NCBI GenBank assembly: GCA_965224085.1
Contig: CBDCYI010000011.1
Span: forward strand, 1,600,001 to 1,664,000
Source: Candidatus Marinacidobacterales bacterium
GTDB lineage: Bacteria > Acidobacteriota > Vicinamibacteria > Marinacidobacterales > SMYC01
Direction of reading: 5' to 3'
Length of the DNA: 64,000 bases
Position numbers and translations under genes: made by a program. The notes under the pieces were generated by a model that ran no database searches, was not told the DNA's origin, and was given only the letters and a program-made list of their open reading frames with translations. Shown here one piece after another: positions 31,136 through 40,753 of this stretch (position 1 is the stretch's first letter; each line of letters starts with the position of its first letter).

Positions 31136-31722
31136 CTGAGCGGGTGCGCTCCATCGCCTAAAGGCGATGGGTTCGCGGGCGACTAAAGTCGCCTAAAGGC
31201 GCACGGCGGAGGATTACTCGCTTACCCTGAACGACTCGTCGTCTTCCGGCAGCTCTCCTTGCAGCTCGATGTACTTGGCCACAACCTCATCGGTCACGTT
31301 TCCGCTCGTCGCTACAAAATAGCCGCGCGCCCACAGGTGCCGACCCCAAAACTTCTTGCGGATCGCTCGAAAATCACGCATCAGCTTGTGCGATGTCTTC
31401 CCCTTGATCGCCTGCATTACTCGGCTCGGCGACAGCCGTGGCGGCACGCTCAGCAACAGATGAACGTGCTCTGGCCGTACATGGCCCTTCAGTATTTCTA
31501 TGTGGTGCGTCGCACAGATCTCTCTTATCAACTCCCGCAGGCGAAGTGCTACATCTCCTCTCAATACCGGCTTGCGGTACTTCGGGATGAATACGAAATG
31601 GTAGTTTAATTGATACGTCGTGTGCGATGATTTCCGATATCCTTTCATCCGGGGATCGTACCGCAAGCCTCCTAAAGGCTTCGCCTGAAGGCGAGGGGTT
31701 TCAACCATCCCCGAGTGAGACA
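31136..31722 (-). mobile_element. IS200/IS605-family element, tnpA only, 587 bp
   Basis: Inserted 3' of TTAG with no target duplication; subterminal hairpins at both ends; ends in TCAG. Confidence 0.92.
31214..31648 (-). CDS. tnpA: Y1 HUH transposase
   Basis: YHFVFIPKYRK, HVH, KGKTS, FWGRHLWARGY, KYIE. Confidence 0.95.
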   Translation of the reverse strand: MKGYRKSSHTTYQLNYHFVFIPKYRKPVLRGDVALRLRELIREICATHHIEILKGHVRPEHVHLLLSVPPRLSPSRVMQAIKGKTSHKLMRDFRAIRKKFWGRHLWARGYFVATSGNVTDEVVAKYIELQGELPEDDESFRVSE

Positions 31723-31786
31723 CTAAAGTTACCCAAAACTCGCAAATGGTACCGGCACACAGATGACGGGTTTTTAGGGACGGACA

Positions 31787-32182
31787 CTATCGAGTCGATG
31801 CGTCGCCCGTAAGCGGGTGATGCACGATCAAGTGCTCCTCCACGATCTCGCCCCCGATGAGGTGGCGCTTCAGGATCTGCTCGAGAACGTCGGGATGGCA
31901 CCCTCCATACCACGCCCCTTCGGGATAGACCACCGCAATCGGACCGCCCTCACAAATACGTAGGCAGTTAGCCTTCGTGCGTGCGACGCCTCCTGCTTCG
32001 GATAGTCCGAGCTCTTTCAAGCGCTTCTTGAGATAGGACCACGCCTCGAGCGAGACGTCCCTGTCGCAGCACTTGGGTTTCGTCTGGTCACAACAAAGGA
32101 AGATGTGCCGTCGCGCCGAAGGGATCCCAACGGCGCTCGCGGCGAGCTGTCGTCTTTCTCGCACGTCTCTGTCGTCCATCAT
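31787..32182 (-). CDS. Thioredoxin-like [2Fe-2S] ferredoxin
   Basis: [29 protein letters not shown]. Confidence 0.88.
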   Translation of the reverse strand: MMDDRDVRERRQLAASAVGIPSARRHIFLCCDQTKPKCCDRDVSLEAWSYLKKRLKELGLSEAGGVARTKANCLRICEGGPIAVVYPEGAWYGGCHPDVLEQILKRHLIGGEIVEEHLIVHHPLTGDASTR

Positions 32183-32215
32183 CTAAGAGCGCACCGCGTC
32201 AGAGCATAACGCAAT

Positions 32216-33019
32216 TCAACCGGCGCGCGCTTCGGCCGCTCGAGATTCCCGTTTCGTCGAGCGACGCAAGAGCTTTGCTAGCCTTTGCGCGTTCGCCACG
32301 GCATGACCTCCGCGATGATTGTTGAAGAAAACGAACGTCTCGCGCGTGTGGCGTGCGATCTCGCGGATGCGCGGAAGCCAGGAAACGAGCTCGCGCTGCC
32401 GATAACGATAATCGTATCGGCGTCCGTCACCGGCCCACCAAGCGGCCCCGTTGCGCCCGTGAAACCGCACGTAGCCGAACTCGCCCGTGACCCTCACCGA
32501 GGGTCGAGCGAAGCCGCCAATCGGAGGCGCATCGATGGTCGCAAAACCAATCCCCCAACCTCTCAAGAAGTTGAACGTTTCCGGCTCGAGCCACGTTGCG
32601 TTTCGAAGCTCGACCACGAGCGGCAGATCGAGCGCTGCGCGCAGCCGGCACAAATAGGCGCGGCTATAGGGATAGTTCACGAACGAGAACGGAAACTGCG
32701 CAAGCACTGCCGCGAGCCGACCGGAGTCGAGGAGGGGCTTCATCGAAGCGGCGAAACGGCGCGCGATACTCAGATCCGGCTCGCGCTCGTGGGTCAGTTG
32801 ACGGTGCAGCTTGGCCGTGAAGCGAAAGGACTCCGGGACGTCGCCAGCAAGGCGCTCCATGCTGCGACCCGAGGGCAACTCGAAGAACGTATCGTTGAGC
32901 TCACAACAGGAAAAAGCCGACGCGTAATGCTTCAAGAAAGCTTCGTAGCAAAGTCCCGCTGGGTAGAACTCCGGGGTCCACGCGTGGTAGCCGTAGCCGC
33001 TCGTCCCGACTCGAATCAT
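32216..33019 (-). CDS. DUF72 family protein
   Basis: VGTSGY.Y..W, FYP, ELN.TF, QFP.SF, YVRFHGRN, FFNNH. Confidence 0.92.
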   Translation of the reverse strand: MIRVGTSGYGYHAWTPEFYPAGLCYEAFLKHYASAFSCCELNDTFFELPSGRSMERLAGDVPESFRFTAKLHRQLTHEREPDLSIARRFAASMKPLLDSGRLAAVLAQFPFSFVNYPYSRAYLCRLRAALDLPLVVELRNATWLEPETFNFLRGWGIGFATIDAPPIGGFARPSVRVTGEFGYVRFHGRNGAAWWAGDGRRYDYRYRQRELVSWLPRIREIARHTRETFVFFNNHRGGHAVANAQRLAKLLRRSTKRESRAAEARAG

Positions 33020-33102
33020 CGTTGAGACACACCTCCGCAGTCAAATCGACGTCCTACTCTTCAAAATGGACGAAGACCGGAAATAAGGTCTTGCGCGTGG
33101 TT

Positions 33103-33360
33103 CTACCGGGCGCGCATCGCCCGGCTCTCCTCTACAATTTGTTCTTGAAGACGTTGTTGGTCGCCAAGCTCGGCCTCGAGTCGCGCCAATCGATCGACGA
33201 GCCGGTGGCGCGCCGAAACGGCAGCGTCGCCATAGTGAATCTCGACGGCATGCCCGATGAGCTCGGACACCGAGCGCTCATGCAAGAGTGACAACCGCTT
33301 CAGCTCGCGATAAAGCTCCAAGGGTACCGTGATGTTCATTGTCGCTTCCCGCATGCGCAT
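33103..33360 (-). CDS. Small protein, ribbon-helix-helix-like
   Basis: MNITVPLELYRELKRLS...SVSELI pattern; directly downstream of lexA. Confidence 0.6.
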   Translation of the reverse strand: MRMREATMNITVPLELYRELKRLSLLHERSVSELIGHAVEIHYGDAAVSARHRLVDRLARLEAELGDQQRLQEQIVEESRAMRAR

Positions 33361-33375
33361 GTCGAATCAAACCCA

Positions 33376-34014
33376 TCAGGCAAAGGTTCGCATGAGCCCG
33401 ACGACGACGCCACGCAGCTCCACGGATTCCGCATCCACGATGATGGACTCATAGCGTTCGTTCGCTGGACGGAGCTCGACTTTGACTTCGTTCGGCGACG
33501 GCCCACGAGGCCCTTGAGGCCCTTGAGGATAGAAACGCTTGACCGTCGCTTCTCCATCCACAACCGCCACGACGGTCGCCCCCGCTTGCGCGGTCGAACT
33601 TTGCTGAACGACGAGCACGTCGCCTTCGCAGATGCCGTCGTCGATCATGCTATCCCCGGTGACCCGCAGGGCGAAGTGTTCTCCGCGCTTGAGGAGTGAT
33701 TCCGGAACGTCAATGCTGTCCGGAATCTCTTCCGCTTCCACGGGTGCGCCAGCCACGACCGTCCCAAGCAACGGCAGCGTCGCCGCCCGTGGGGGCTCTT
33801 CCCGCTCGATGATCTCTAGCGCGCGCTTCTGGTTCTTCCATGGTGACCGGATGAATCCCTTGCGGTGGAGCTGCAACAGATGTTTGCGGGCCGAGTTCAA
33901 GGAGGCGAACCCGAACTCCTGCCGGATCTCTTCGTAGGACGGGGGCATGCCGTGCTCCCGCCGATAGTCTTTGAGAAACTGCCAAACCGCTCGTTGCTTA
34001 GGTGTTAAATCCAT
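33376..34014 (-). CDS. lexA: SOS repressor LexA
   Basis: LTPKQ, PPSYEEI, A-G cleavage site (VAGAP), GDSM, TVKR. Confidence 0.95.
   Translation of the reverse strand: MDLTPKQRAVWQFLKDYRREHGMPPSYEEIRQEFGFASLNSARKHLLQLHRKGFIRSPWKNQKRALEIIEREEPPRAATLPLLGTVVAGAPVEAEEIPDSIDVPESLLKRGEHFALRVTGDSMIDDGICEGDVLVVQQSSTAQAGATVVAVVDGEATVKRFYPQGPQGPRGPSPNEVKVELRPANERYESIIVDAESVELRGVVVGLMRTFA
33500..33529. repeat. In-frame 9-bp tandem repeat in lexA
   Basis: GGCCCACGA GGCCCTTGA GGCCCTTGA, encoding PQGPQGPRGP. Confidence 0.75.
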
Positions 34015-34052
34015 GATGACACCAGGATAGGTGAAAGTAGAGTATAGCCCAA

Positions 34053-34099
34053 CTACTAAATGTAGTACCTAATTTATACATAACCCCAACATATTGTGT
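34053..34099 (-). promoter_or_regulatory. Tandem NrdR-like boxes flanking a DnaA-like box upstream of lexA
   Basis: CTACTAAATGTAGTAC (34053-68) and CCCCAACATATTGTGT (34084-99), 31 bp apart; TTATACATA (34074-82); minus-strand -10 TATACT at 34041-46. Confidence 0.65.
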
Positions 34100-34143
34100 T
34101 TATTGTTGCTGGAATTATTTCCTACACCTTGGGTATACCCCTC

Positions 34144-34968
34144 ATGCAACAGCAGCGGGATCCACGCATCTATCAAATCGCGACGTTGGCGGCACTGGTC
34201 GCCTACGGCGCCGTAAGCCTCGATCTCGAGATTCAACTTGCCGCCGCCGCCGTCATCGTCGCCACCGCTCTCGCCACGCAGTTTCTCTGCACAAAGCTCG
34301 TCTCACTTCCTCGCTTCGATCCGAATAGCGCACTCATTTCGTCGTTGTCACTTTGCCTGCTGCTCCGCACGGGCTCGATGAGCCTCGTCGTGGCCACGAC
34401 CGTGATAGCGATCGCGAGCAAGTTCTTCCTGAGAGTCGATGGCCGTCACGTGTTCAACCCGACCAATTTCGGCCTCGTCGCCGTGATGGCTTCGGTAGGC
34501 GGGATTTGGGTGTCGCCCGGCCAATGGGGGACCGGTGCCTTTTTCGCGTTCCTGCTCGTTGGTATCGGCGGGCTCGTTATCCATCGCGCTTCGAGGAGCG
34601 ACGTGACCTACGCCTTCGTCGCCTTCTACGCCGCGCTCGTTGTTGGCCGCGCGCTCTGGCTCGGAGACCCGCTCGCGATTCCGCTGCACCACCTCCAAAA
34701 CGGCGCTTTTCTTCTCTTCGCGTTTTTCATGATTTCCGATCCCAAGACAACGCCCGATTCCCGGGCGGGCCGGATCCTCTTCGCACTGATGGTCGCCCTC
34801 GGCGCCGGGTTCGTGCACTTCGTGCTCTTCGAGCCGAACGGTTTTCTCTGGTCTCTCGTTCTCTCCGCCCCGACAACGCCTCTAATCAACCGGCTGCTTC
34901 CGGGTGAGCGCTATGAATGGAGCCGCCGCCGCCCGAGCATGCGGCTATCTCAAAGGAGCTACGCATGA
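34144..34968 (+). CDS. Stand-alone NqrB/RnfD-family membrane protein
   Basis: DPRIYQI, ASKF, HVFNPTNFG, FMISDPKTTP. Confidence 0.85.
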   Translation: MQQQRDPRIYQIATLAALVAYGAVSLDLEIQLAAAAVIVATALATQFLCTKLVSLPRFDPNSALISSLSLCLLLRTGSMSLVVATTVIAIASKFFLRVDGRHVFNPTNFGLVAVMASVGGIWVSPGQWGTGAFFAFLLVGIGGLVIHRASRSDVTYAFVAFYAALVVGRALWLGDPLAIPLHHLQNGAFLLFAFFMISDPKTTPDSRAGRILFALMVALGAGFVHFVLFEPNGFLWSLVLSAPTTPLINRLLPGERYEWSRRRPSMRLSQRSYA

Positions 34969-36466
34969 AACGCTCGATGACCCTTCTCGGAATCTCTCTC
35001 GTTCTCGCAACGTGCTGGTCGAGCCCGACCGTGCGCGCCTTTTGCGGCTTCTACGTCGCCAAAGCCGACGCCAAGCTTTTCAACAAGGCGTCACAAGTCG
35101 TGCTCGTGCGCCACGACGACAAAACCGTCATCACGATGGCGAACGACTTCCAGGGCGACCCCACGGAGTTCGCCGTCGTCATCCCCGTGCCGACCTTCAT
35201 CGAGCGCGGACAGATCCACGTCACGAACAAAGCGCTCATCGATCACCTCGACGCCTTCACGGCGCCGCGGCTCGTCGAATATTTCGATCAAGATCCGTGC
35301 ATGCGCTTCGAACTTATGGAGCGCGCTATACCCTCAGCGGCTCAGATGCCGGGTGAAGCGGGACGCCGCAGCCGCGCGAAAGCGCTCGGCGTGAGCATCG
35401 AAGCTTCCTACACGGTCGGCGAGTACGACATCGTCATCCTCTCAGCGGAGCAATCCGACGGACTCTCGACTTGGCTAACAGACAACGGCTACCGCCTACC
35501 GCCCGGCGCGTCGCGTGTGCTCGCTAGCTATATCCGCCAGAACGTTCGTTTCTTCGTCGCCAAAGTCAATCTCGAAGAGCAGTCGCGCCTCGGGTTCAAC
35601 TATTTACGCCCGATACAAGTCGCTTTTGAGTCTCCGAAGTTCATGCTGCCCATCCGCCTCGGTACCCTCAACGCGAACGGGCCCCAGGATCTCCTCGTCT
35701 TCGCGCTCACGCAGAACGGACGCGTTGAGACGACCAACTATCGAACCGTCAAGCTTCCGAGCGGGATGGATCTGCCCGTCTTCGTGAAGCAAGAGTTCGG
35801 CGATTTCTACAAGGCCATGTTCACCGAGCAAGTGCGCAAGGAGAACATGCGCAGCGTGTTTCTCGAATATGCCTGGGACATGTCCTGGTGCGATCCGTGC
35901 GCCGCCGATCCTCTATCGGCGAACGAGCTCCGCGAGCTCGGTGTTTTCTGGCTCGACGGCGACAGAGGACGCGCTGTCAAGCGCGGTGCGCAAAACACGT
36001 TCGTGACGCGCCTCCACGTGCGCTACGACGGTGAGCACTTTCCTGAAGACCTCGTCTTCCAGGAGACGGCCGACCGGACCAACTTTCAAGGACGCTACGT
36101 TCTGCGCCACGCTTATGAAGGCGAGATTCGCTGCGAGCACGGTGGGACCTATCGACAAGAGCTCGCCACGCGTCACGAACGTGAAGCGCAAACCCTCGCC
36201 TCCATCACCGGCTGGGACATCCAGGACATCCGCCGAAAATGGACCTCGGCGGCAACGCACCCGAGCCCGGAAGCTGGTGGGAACGGCTGTGGAAGAAGAA
36301 TCGAAGGTACCCGGAGGCTCCGGCCCGGTCATCGCGCCGGAGCCGGACGGAATCTCCAGAGTTCTTTTCTCACCGGAAGGGGCTTCGCCAGGGCCACGAC
36401 GCGCCCTGCGGGGTCCCATCCGACCTAAAGACATGCCCGTATCGGGCGGATCGAGGTATGTCGTGA
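34965..36466 (+). CDS. DUF2330 secreted protein, frameshift near C-terminus (~36238)
   Basis: AFCGFYVAKAD, CDPC, TRLHVRY, NFQGRY; WWERLW tail lies in the shifted frame; true stop uncertain. Confidence 0.8.
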
Positions 36467-36510
36467 TCGGGCCCTAGGGCCGGCCGGGTTCGAGCTTGAT
36501 TGGCCGCTAG

Positions 36511-37812
36511 TTATGTGCGGATTCCTCCGCCAGGTGATCCGCGGGATGGCTTCGGATCGGAGGTTTCCAGGTGTTGGGCCCGCGGGTCGGTGCTCGCCTC
36601 AGTGAACACGTGTGCACTGGAGCCGGGTCCGGGATAGCGTCTCGCTCGTCTATTCCGTGATCGTGCTCCTAACTTGAGTGCTTCCTGTTGGTCGCACCAA
36701 TTGGAGAGCCAGTCAGCGAAGCCGCTCTCCGGTTTGGGTGGCTTCGGAGACGGCGGACGGTCGAAGATATCGGCGATGACTTCATCGCGCCAAGATTCGT
36801 CATTGTCGCCGCCGTCGCCGTGATTCTTGTCGCCGTCGTCTGGCCCGGTCACGATTTCGTGTGGAACTTCCTCCTCGACATCGTCGACATCCAAAGACTC
36901 AACGGGCTCGGGCTCGGGCTCGGGCTCCGGCTCGCTTACCAAGCGCGGCCGCTCGAACTTCAGATCGATGCCAACGGTGCCCGACATCGAGCAGACCTCC
37001 CGGTGGATGAGCCCGTGATGGATGCGGCATAGAGAAATCAAATTTCCCATCTCGTCGCTTCCCCGGTGGCTTCGATACTCGATGTGATGCACGTCGAGCA
37101 TCTTCCGCATCGTGCACGCTGGAAATTTGCACGCCCACCCGTCGCGATCGAGCACGGCGTTGCGCACCGACGCCGGAAGCCCTTTTTCGTCCTCCGTCTC
37201 ATGCGTCGAAGCGCCATTCTCGTTCGCTATGGGAAGGTGCGTGCCGAGGAGTTCCGCGAGGCACGCCTCCAGCACCTGCCACTTCTCGAGCTCGGCACCG
37301 CTCACACGTTCCGCGACCTCATAGGCGTCGTGCCACATCTCCAAAATCTCGACCGGCATCGAGATCGTGACCGAGGCGAACCCGCCGGATCCGCGTCCAT
37401 CATGACGCCGCACTTCCTTCTCGAGGTCACGATTCGACAGCACGCGAGCTTTCTCGAGCCACTCCTCCTCCGTGTCCGGAGTCGCCACCGCAACAATCTC
37501 CCTCGCCTTCGTCCAGCTCAGCTTACCGGCATCGAACTCCGCACGAATGGCCGGCAAGTTCTCGAGTCGCTCGGCGATGAAGACCAGGTACCAAGCCTTG
37601 CGCGGCTTGATGCCGACGAGCTCCATCGCGTAGTCACCCAAAGACGAAAACCCGCGTGTTCTATAAAGCCCCCGCCGATCGATCTCGAGCAACCAATAAG
37701 CGATGTTCCGCTCCTCGAGATGGTGGCGGGTGGCTGCTTCGATGAGATGGGACTCGATTTGTTCGACGGAAAGAGCGCGCTCGTGCCTGACCGATTGAGA
37801 GAGAGCGCTCAT
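36511..37812 (-). CDS. HNH endonuclease with DUF222-like N-terminal domain
   Basis: RDGWACKFPAC, HHI..SHRG.D..NLISLCRIHH; G.LSWTKAREI; acidic Pro-rich tail. Confidence 0.85.
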   Translation of the reverse strand: MSALSQSVRHERALSVEQIESHLIEAATRHHLEERNIAYWLLEIDRRGLYRTRGFSSLGDYAMELVGIKPRKAWYLVFIAERLENLPAIRAEFDAGKLSWTKAREIVAVATPDTEEEWLEKARVLSNRDLEKEVRRHDGRGSGGFASVTISMPVEILEMWHDAYEVAERVSGAELEKWQVLEACLAELLGTHLPIANENGASTHETEDEKGLPASVRNAVLDRDGWACKFPACTMRKMLDVHHIEYRSHRGSDEMGNLISLCRIHHGLIHREVCSMSGTVGIDLKFERPRLVSEPEPEPEPEPVESLDVDDVEEEVPHEIVTGPDDGDKNHGDGGDNDESWRDEVIADIFDRPPSPKPPKPESGFADWLSNWCDQQEALKLGARSRNRRARRYPGPGSSAHVFTEASTDPRAQHLETSDPKPSRGSPGGGIRT

Positions 37813-37891
37813 GAAAATTCCTCCTGGAATGCGGATTTGGGAGGACAGCGCACGCGGGTCCTGGAACAACTGACTCGCTATCCTAAGTGAA

Positions 37892-37920
37892 ACTATAGTG
37901 TATGTATAGAGCGTAGTCAA
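37892..37920 (-). promoter_or_regulatory. Near-consensus sigma70 promoter of the HNH gene
   Basis: TTGACT-17 bp-TATAGT on the minus strand. Confidence 0.7.
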
Positions 37921-38041
37921 GCAAGAAGCCCCTTTTTTTGCAGTTATTTCGGGTCGAAAGAGGTTTCTCGATAGTCGCTCGCTGAGACCCTCAAATCCGC
38001 CCGGTTTGCTCGTGGAAGACAGCTAGGCAGCCTAGTCAAGG

Positions 38042-38860
38042 CTAGTCCGCGTCGAAGATGACCCAGTATTTTCGGATGTACTCGTCCTGCTTCCACTGAT
38101 AGCGCATGCCCTTGGGGACGAGCACGACGTCGCCTGCTTTGACGAGCTCTTTGTTTCCAGCATCGTCGATGATCCTCACCGAGCCTTCGAGGATGCACAT
38201 CAGCTCGGTATACTCGGGCGCGTGGAATCGGTCGCTCGTCGACGGATCCGCTTCCCACACCCCGGCGGATAGCTTCTCGCTCCGCGCGGCGTAATACATG
38301 TGCTCGCGCGTTCGCCCCTCGCCGGTGAGCTTGCCCGCTGGCCCGTGCGACTCGAAACGGATAAACGAGCCAGCCGCGGTACGGTCGTACCAATCGTCGG
38401 GCTCGCCTTCGTCGAAGATCGCCCAGTACTTGCGGATGACCTCCGACTGCTTCCAATAATGCGTCACGCCGCGCGGTATGAACATCGCGTCTCCCGCCTC
38501 GAACGTTTCTTCCCGGCCGTGCGCGTCGACGAGCGTCACCGAGCCTTCGATGATGTACATGAACTCGGAATAGCCGGGGAGGTCGGGGCCCGACTCGTAG
38601 GGGTCGGCTTCCCAGACCCCGGCCGAGACCCAATCGCTCGTGGGCGCCCTGTAGTACATGTATTCGCGCTCGCCTTCGGCCCCCGCACTTTTGAGACCGA
38701 CGCCTTCGGGCCCTTCCGGCGAAAGGTGAATGAGTGTTTTCGGCGGCGCGACATCCGTGTCCGCCGAAGCCTTTTCGGTGGCCGCCTCCGCAGGTGGCTC
38801 CGCCGGTTGGCAAGCGAGCACTATCGAAACGACAATGAGTAGCGACAATCTCATGAACAT
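38042..38860 (-). CDS. Lipoprotein with two cupin (DUF861-like) domains
   Basis: Lipobox VLAC; duplicated SAGVWEADP..E.M.I.EGSV..GD...P.G. Confidence 0.85.
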   Translation of the reverse strand: MFMRLSLLIVVSIVLACQPAEPPAEAATEKASADTDVAPPKTLIHLSPEGPEGVGLKSAGAEGEREYMYYRAPTSDWVSAGVWEADPYESGPDLPGYSEFMYIIEGSVTLVDAHGREETFEAGDAMFIPRGVTHYWKQSEVIRKYWAIFDEGEPDDWYDRTAAGSFIRFESHGPAGKLTGEGRTREHMYYAARSEKLSAGVWEADPSTSDRFHAPEYTELMCILEGSVRIIDDAGNKELVKAGDVVLVPKGMRYQWKQDEYIRKYWVIFDAD

Positions 38861-38952
38861 AAAGGCCTATTTCTTGAAGGCTCGAAGAGCGCTCATTCTA
38901 TCCGATAGGGCTCCTTCTTGACCTCTTCGAGCGTCTCGATTCTAATGGCCCC

Positions 38953-40638
38953 ATGATGAAACGATGCTTCTCCGTCCTCGTCGCGGTGCTAGCGCAAGGG
39001 CTTCCGGCCGCCGCGCAATCCGTCGCTCCCGGAAACGAAACGATTCTCGAGCAAGAGCTCCGGGCCGATCTTTTCTTTCTCGCCTCAGACGAGCTACAGG
39101 GCCGCCTCAGCGAAACGCCCGAGAACCGGACCGCAGCGGCGTTCATCCGCTCGCGCTTCGAGCGCCTCGGGCTCGAGCCGATGGGTCCCGAAGGCTCCTA
39201 TTACCAGCCCTATCGTTTGATGCGCGCGCGCCTCGGAGGCGAGAACGAGCTCGAGCTGATGCGCGAGAACAGCACGACCCTCAGAGGCCAGCTCGGTGAG
39301 AGTTTCTTCCCGCAGACGTTTAGTGCGAGCGGGAGCGTAGAAGCCGAGCTCGTCTTCGCGGGCTACGGGATCAGCGCTCCCAAACTGTCACACAGCGACT
39401 ATGGGTCGCGTGCGCTCGGTGGCCTGATCGTGCTCGTTTTGGATCACGAGCCCGGCGAGCGGGACCCCGAAAGCATGTTCGACGGTGTCGTGACTTCGGA
39501 ATACTCGCGCAATTTGCGCAAAGCTCTGTACGCTCAACGCGCGGGCGCCGCGGGAATTCTCTTCGTCACCGACACCCACAACCATCCGGGCCCTTCCAAT
39601 TTCTCGCGCCTCGCTCTTAGAAGCTGGCCGGATCCACCGCGGCGGATTCCACGATACACGCTCGCGAGCTGGGCGGAAGCGGTGCGCATCCCGGCGCTTC
39701 AGATTTCGACTTCGCTCGCCGAAGCGCTCGTGAACAGCACGGGGCGCTCGCTCGACGAGCTCGCGCGCGAGTCCGAGACGGCGGGAGGCATCGAGCCCAT
39801 CCCGGTACCTTCGCTTCTCCTTCGGCTTACCACGAGCGTCGAGCGCCAGAGCGTCGACGACCGCAACGTCGTCGCCGGAATCGTTGGATCCGATCTACGG
39901 CTGAAGAACGAATGGGTCATCGTGTGCGCCCATTACGACCACGACGGCGCCGATTCTGCGCGTGTGTTCAACGGCGCGGATGACGACGGCTCGGGCACGG
40001 TAGCGCTCCTCGAAATCGCCGAAGCCTACGCGCTCGCCGCCCGAAACGGCGAGCGTCCGAAACGAAGCGTGCTCTTTGCAGCCTGGAACTCGGAAGAGCG
40101 CGGCCTTCTCGGTGCTTGGGCCTATGCGGAGAACCCGCTCGTCCCGCTCGAGCAGACCGTCGCTACGCTCAACATGGACATGATCGGCCGCAACGAAGAA
40201 GTGCGCGTGGGTGGTGGGCGACGTTTCCGCGGCCTCGAGCTGCAAACGGCCGAATCGAACAAGAACGCGGTCAACATCATGGGCTATAGCTACAGCGCCG
40301 ATTTGAAACGCGCGGCCGAGGAAGCGAATCGCGGCTCGGAGCTCGAGCTCAAGATGCGCTACGACAACAACCCTTCCAACCTGCTACGCCGCAGCGACCA
40401 GTGGCCGTTTCTCCAAAAGGCTGTCCCGTCTCTTTTTTTCCACACGGGCCTTCACCCCGACTATCACACCGAGTTCGACGTCCCCGAGCGCATCGAATAC
40501 TCAAAGCTCGAGCGCATCGCCCGCCTCGTTCACCAAATGAGCTGGGATCTCGCTAACGACGAAAGCCGTCCGGGATTCGACAAACTCGACCAGGCTGCGG
40601 CCACCGCCGATCCGCAAACCGATCCGGATCACTACTAA
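38953..40638 (+). CDS. M28 family peptidase with PA domain
   Basis: AHYDH, GADDDGSG, EERGLLG, NMDMIGR, RSDQ, DYH. Confidence 0.92.
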   Translation: MMKRCFSVLVAVLAQGLPAAAQSVAPGNETILEQELRADLFFLASDELQGRLSETPENRTAAAFIRSRFERLGLEPMGPEGSYYQPYRLMRARLGGENELELMRENSTTLRGQLGESFFPQTFSASGSVEAELVFAGYGISAPKLSHSDYGSRALGGLIVLVLDHEPGERDPESMFDGVVTSEYSRNLRKALYAQRAGAAGILFVTDTHNHPGPSNFSRLALRSWPDPPRRIPRYTLASWAEAVRIPALQISTSLAEALVNSTGRSLDELARESETAGGIEPIPVPSLLLRLTTSVERQSVDDRNVVAGIVGSDLRLKNEWVIVCAHYDHDGADSARVFNGADDDGSGTVALLEIAEAYALAARNGERPKRSVLFAAWNSEERGLLGAWAYAENPLVPLEQTVATLNMDMIGRNEEVRVGGGRRFRGLELQTAESNKNAVNIMGYSYSADLKRAAEEANRGSELELKMRYDNNPSNLLRRSDQWPFLQKAVPSLFFHTGLHPDYHTEFDVPERIEYSKLERIARLVHQMSWDLANDESRPGFDKLDQAAATADPQTDPDHY

Positions 40639-40753
40639 CAACGCCTGGGCGCACCAAAGTCGCAAAAACGCGATAAGAAAAAAGCACGATCAGAGGTCTC
40701 TTTTCTTTCTTTGTTTCTCTTGCCCTTTAGGGTTGGCCCGCTTCAACCTTCAA

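Larger units (their letters stand above)
30530..31812 (+). pseudogene. DUF6503-like secreted protein interrupted by an IS200/IS605 element
   Basis: Removing 31136-31722 restores ...GEANGAG|LKLPKTRKWY...; YLYGLPMKL.DPG motif. Confidence 0.85.

Noticed and set aside
31136-31722. IStron or TnpB/omegaRNA system in either IS
   Set aside because: Both elements are under 600 bp and filled by tnpA; no tnpB, iscB or group I intron.
36905-36934. GGCTCG hexamer repeat
   Set aside because: Encodes an ordinary EPEPEP linker.
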